Positions 60,094 through 64,000 of a DNA stretch of 64,000 nt are shown one piece after another. The position numbers and the translations under genes are program-made. Source of the DNA: the human T2T-CHM13v2.0 reference genome, Homo sapiens. The number at the start of each line of letters is the position of its first letter. The first letter of the stretch is position 1. Where the stretch lies: NCBI RefSeq assembly GCF_009914755.1, contig NC_060932.1. One strand, 5' to 3'. The notes under the pieces were generated by a model. That model worked only from the letters and a program-made list of their open reading frames with translations, was not told where the DNA came from and made no database searches.

Positions 60094-60632
60094 ACTGATT
60101 TCTTATAAGAGCTTTGCTAAAAAATATGCTTATCAATTTAATCAATTATAGGATTCTAGAAATCACAGGAAAAACATCACAATTAAAGAGATTTTGGTAA
60201 AACTGAGTTAAAATTGGGTAGGACTTTTTACTATAAAAATAAGTTATATCTAATGTTATACAATAAACTGCCTAGTTTGGATAATTTCATTAGCTTAAAC
60301 TCTTCCCTTTGCTCAGTATTAAAGTTCAGAAGTTGCCACCTAACCTAACATTCTTACATATCCCCCTCATGGGGACTTTTAACACAGTGAATTAAGTGTC
60401 CCCTTTATTCCATTTTTTTATAAGAATGTATGAGATTGCATAATTCATGATAACTAAACTTACTTTTAAAATATGACATTTGCTGTCTTAATTCTTTCCA
60501 GTTCATAATCTATAAATCAAATATGGTCGAGCTCTGTGAAATCTATTAGTTATGCATCTTTTGAGACCTGAGTGATCCGTTGCCTATCATAGGACGAGAT
60601 ATGAAGTGTGTCCTCAGTATTCTTAGTACCCA

Positions 60633-60679
60633 CCCTTCTTTCCTTCCTTCCTTCCTTCTTTCCTTCCTTCCTTCCTTCT
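60633..60679. repeat. (CCTT)n tetranucleotide microsatellite
   Basis: Directly visible. Confidence 0.9.
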
Positions 60680-61169
60680 ATACATGTATTTTTTGTAATA
60701 GCTTGAATAGTTTACTGTCATGTAAGAGAATAGTATCTTATGTAGAAACATAGCGTGGACTTCACCAATACTCATTTTTGGAAGTTTAAACCTAAGAGAA
60801 AAATGTTTGCTGGATACATCTTTATAAAATCTACATTTTTACAGAAATAGTTCATTGATTATTATAAATATCATGTTTGAAAAACTTTTAAAAATGAAGT
60901 TACACACAGATATTGTTTAATACCTTTAGCACTATACTGCGAAGTGCACTGCAGAAATAAAGCCATTGTTTATTTAGATGGGTCAGTGATTCCAGACTCA
61001 CTACTCCTCACACAAGATTTTATCTGAGATACCCTGATCATTGTAGTCATTTGGCTTGTGAGCTTCAGTTGCCCCCCCATACGCTTAAATTTTTCATTTT
61101 GTGCTAGTGTAGACCAAGTCAAAGCCCACATAAACCCAATATATGTGTTAAGGTTAGAGTTGTGCTTCA

Positions 61170-61488
61170 CACTCTTGACTGTACTTTAAAATCACCTGGG
61201 GAGCTTTTAAAATTATCTCAGTGCTGGGGCCCCACTCCCAGAGAGTCAGAGCTAATTGGTCAGGCTGCAAGGCCACAACAGTTGCACAAATGCAGGTGGC
61301 ACCTCTTACCAAGAACCTCTTCATCTCCCTGGCCTTCCAACTTCCTGGAGCACAACTCCACTGTTTTCCATGTGAATAGCACCCCTGTACTTGTGCAAAC
61401 TTGGAAGCCCTAGCGATAGTGGCTGAGCACCCATGTTTTCAGAAGGCCCCCAGGTGTTCTAATATGCAGCCAGAATTGAGAACCACTG
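61170..61488. mobile_element. MER5-like hAT MITE split by a ~170-bp insert
   Basis: aaaatcacctggggagcttttaaaa...ggggccccactcccagagag...taattggtc | insert | cccccaggtgttctaatatgcagccagaattgagaaccactg. Confidence 0.65.
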
Positions 61489-61519
61489 ACATATAACTTT
61501 GACATTAGGTGTATGGATT

Positions 61520-61740
61520 AAGGAGCTGTGTAGAAATAGATTCAAGATCTAGCTCTACTACTTTTTAGCTGTGTGACCTTAGGAAAGTCATTTCACTCCT
61601 TGGAACCTCAATTTCTTCCTAAATAAAATAGTAATACTAATACCTACCTCATGAGATTATATAAAAGAAAAATAAGATGGTCAAAGTGAAATGCTTGGCA
61701 CAAAGTTAACACTTAATAAGCCACTTTTATTATTTTAGCT
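61520..61740 (+). mobile_element. MIR SINE
   Basis: ctagctctactactttttagctgtgtgaccttaggaaagtcatttcac...cctcaatttcttc...aatacctacctcatgagatt. Confidence 0.75.
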
Positions 61741-62759
61741 ATTAAAGCAAGATTTCTATATTAGTCTAGATTCCTACAGTACTAAGTTACAGAGGTCTAT
61801 CTCAGATGATCTGAAACAAAAATGGGGAAATTAAGCAAGCCACGGAAGGATAGAGTTTGATTTGGCCTCAGATTTTGGCATTTGAATGCTGTTAGGACAC
61901 ATATTCTCTCTCTCTTTCTCTCTCTGGGGCTTATTCCAGCTTCTCTTTTCATGGTGCTTGCATTCTCTCAGCCCAACTTCCCCCCTTGGGGTAAACCATG
62001 ACCATGGGCAGCTCAAGACATATCTTTTCAGCCTCTTTAGCACAGAACAGGCAAAAAATTCATCCTATCTGACCCGGTTGGAAAAGTTACAGTGACCCAG
62101 CCTGGCTCCAATCCCTGTGGTCAAGAGCTGTAGTCATTAAAACGGGGAGAAGGAGTGCTGTGCAGGTAAATACAATAACCAGCTTTGTTTCATTGTTGAG
62201 ACCTGATTCAAAATAAATAAAATACATAAAACTCCTGCCATTCTAGGATCTATTGGCAGACAAGGAAAGTCAGCAGTAAGATCCCAAGAGCAAGAACTTC
62301 CCTGAAATTAAAACACCTAGTCTCTCCACTCTCCATGATCTATGCACAATAATCACCCCTTAAGGTGAATTTAAGATCACAGAAGTGTGCCTTATCCCCT
62401 CTGGTCCAGTTTACTTGAGACGCTCAAACTCACAGGCAAATGAGGAGTTGAATCACTTCATACCAAGCTCCCAGCAATCTGCATTATTGAATACCTGAAG
62501 TGTTCTGTCCTCCCACTCCCACCCCATGGTATTTCCTTACCCATACAAGTGAGAAGACTAGGCAGAGTTATTTATTTATGTAAGTGTTATTTATAGGAAC
62601 ACTCTCTACAGCTACTCTAACGTGTATGTTATCCAAGAATAAGGCAATGAGGTAAAACAACCACAAAAGGCCCAGAAACATCCTTTAACATTTGGATTGT
62701 TCTAACCACTTACCTGACACTTGTGGTGGAGAGGCAACAAGTGTCATGAAAGAGCAACA

Positions 62760-62945
62760 AGATTCATCACTTATAGCAGTGTGCTTTTGACAAGTTACTT
62801 AACTTCCTGGAGCTTCAGTTTCCTGATCTGTAAAATGAGGGCAATAATATTTCAAAGGACTATTGTGAGAATTGAATGTATTTGATAAGTGATAATGTAT
62901 TTGAATGTCAATTACACTCTGTACAGTTGACATTAAATAAGTGGT
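62760..62945 (+). mobile_element. MIR SINE fragment
   Basis: gacaagttacttaacttcctggagcttcagtttcctgatctgtaaaatgagggcaataat...attgtgagaattgaatg. Confidence 0.75.
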
Positions 62946-64000
62946 TTTCCAAGGGGGGTGAATAATTTTATATTTAAAGCATTATTGAAAAAGCTTTGCT
63001 ATGAACATGTTCTCATGTATTTGGACCCAGTAGAGAGGATGACTGGGCATGTACTCGACTATCCTAAGAAACATTGCAAAAGAGGCACAAGTACTATTGG
63101 TACTCACCAGCCATTGGGTTCTTAGCATACTTACTTTGTGGTTACAAAAAAGAGTGATGGAGCTACTAGCATACACTATAACCACCCTGCTACTATACTG
63201 GTTCAGTGTCCTTGTTTAGGAAAGCAGCCTGACTCATTTCACTGTAACATGGTACAACACTGCAGAGAATAATGCCAAGAAGAAAAATGTCAAATATTAA
63301 TAACATTACTAGCTCTTCTATTTCAAAGAATGCCTCTAGGGATTTTGAGGTCTCTTTATAGTTCCTATTCAGCCAAAGTAAATTGATTGATTATAGGTGA
63401 TAAGAGTCGGTGGAGGATTATATGAGTGAATGTATAAAAGCACCTGGCCAAAGGCACAGAATAGCACTTGGACTGACTCTCACAGGCGACATCAAGTTCT
63501 AGTTTGTCTGCTATGGACTGACTGGGTATTCTTCACTGTAAAGGAGCCTCATCCCTAATGGTGATGTGAAGATAGTATGTATCCCAAAATATACATAGGG
63601 TATGCATTTTCTGTGACCTGGAAATGGGACAAGTACCTCTGTAAGCCTCACTTATTTTATTTTTTTTCACACTGCCATGAGAAAGTAAATGTAAGCCTCT
63701 TTTAGCATTAAAACTCTATAACCCAAACCCCACATTTTTCCAGAAGTGAAAATTGCTTACAATGTAAAAGATGAACATTTTGAATGAAGGAGCAGTCTAC
63801 TCATAAACTTTTAGGAGCAAGAGATGAAATAGCACAAAACTGCCTATATCAAAGAAACACGAATAAAGTTCAGACGTGGATTTTAAGTTGTTCAAAAGAT
63901 TGGTACTTCAACCTACTAAAATACTGGGGACAAACTGATGAGAATATCTTGGAAGTGAAGGAACATATTTCCTTAATTTTCAACATGTAGTCTTGGAACC

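Overview
Primate (human/ape-type) genomic DNA from inside the large-intron gene CPQ (carboxypeptidase Q / PGCP, peptidase family M28), on the + strand. Only two coding exons are present: 9146-9237 (92 nt, GLRPKRTLRLVLWTAEEQGGVGAFQYYQLHK) and 45747-45948 (202 nt, VNISNYSLVMESDAGTF...IQAGVP). They are separated by a ~36.5 kb intron. The rest is intronic and rich in transposable elements: a full-length but inactivated antisense L1PA3-type LINE-1, older truncated L1s, about 10 Alu/FLAM copies, L2/MIR, MaLR LTR pieces, and hAT and Tigger DNA transposon relics. Nearly all ORFs in the track are repeat-derived or spurious. I found no convincing new protein-coding system. The best second-look items are: (i) a TSD-bounded, apparently serial 3' transduction on the L1PA3; (ii) a CPQ exon that starts with GTAAAT and so rebuilds a 5' splice site after splicing (RS-exon), with a second AG|GTGAGT site ~0.9 kb upstream; (iii) a permuted, unusually CpG-rich L1PB micro-chimera (3' end followed by the RT FADD segment); (iv) the L1 antisense promoter/ORF0 pointing into the downstream CPQ exons. 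Repeat subfamily calls and CPQ residue numbers are from memory, not from a database search.
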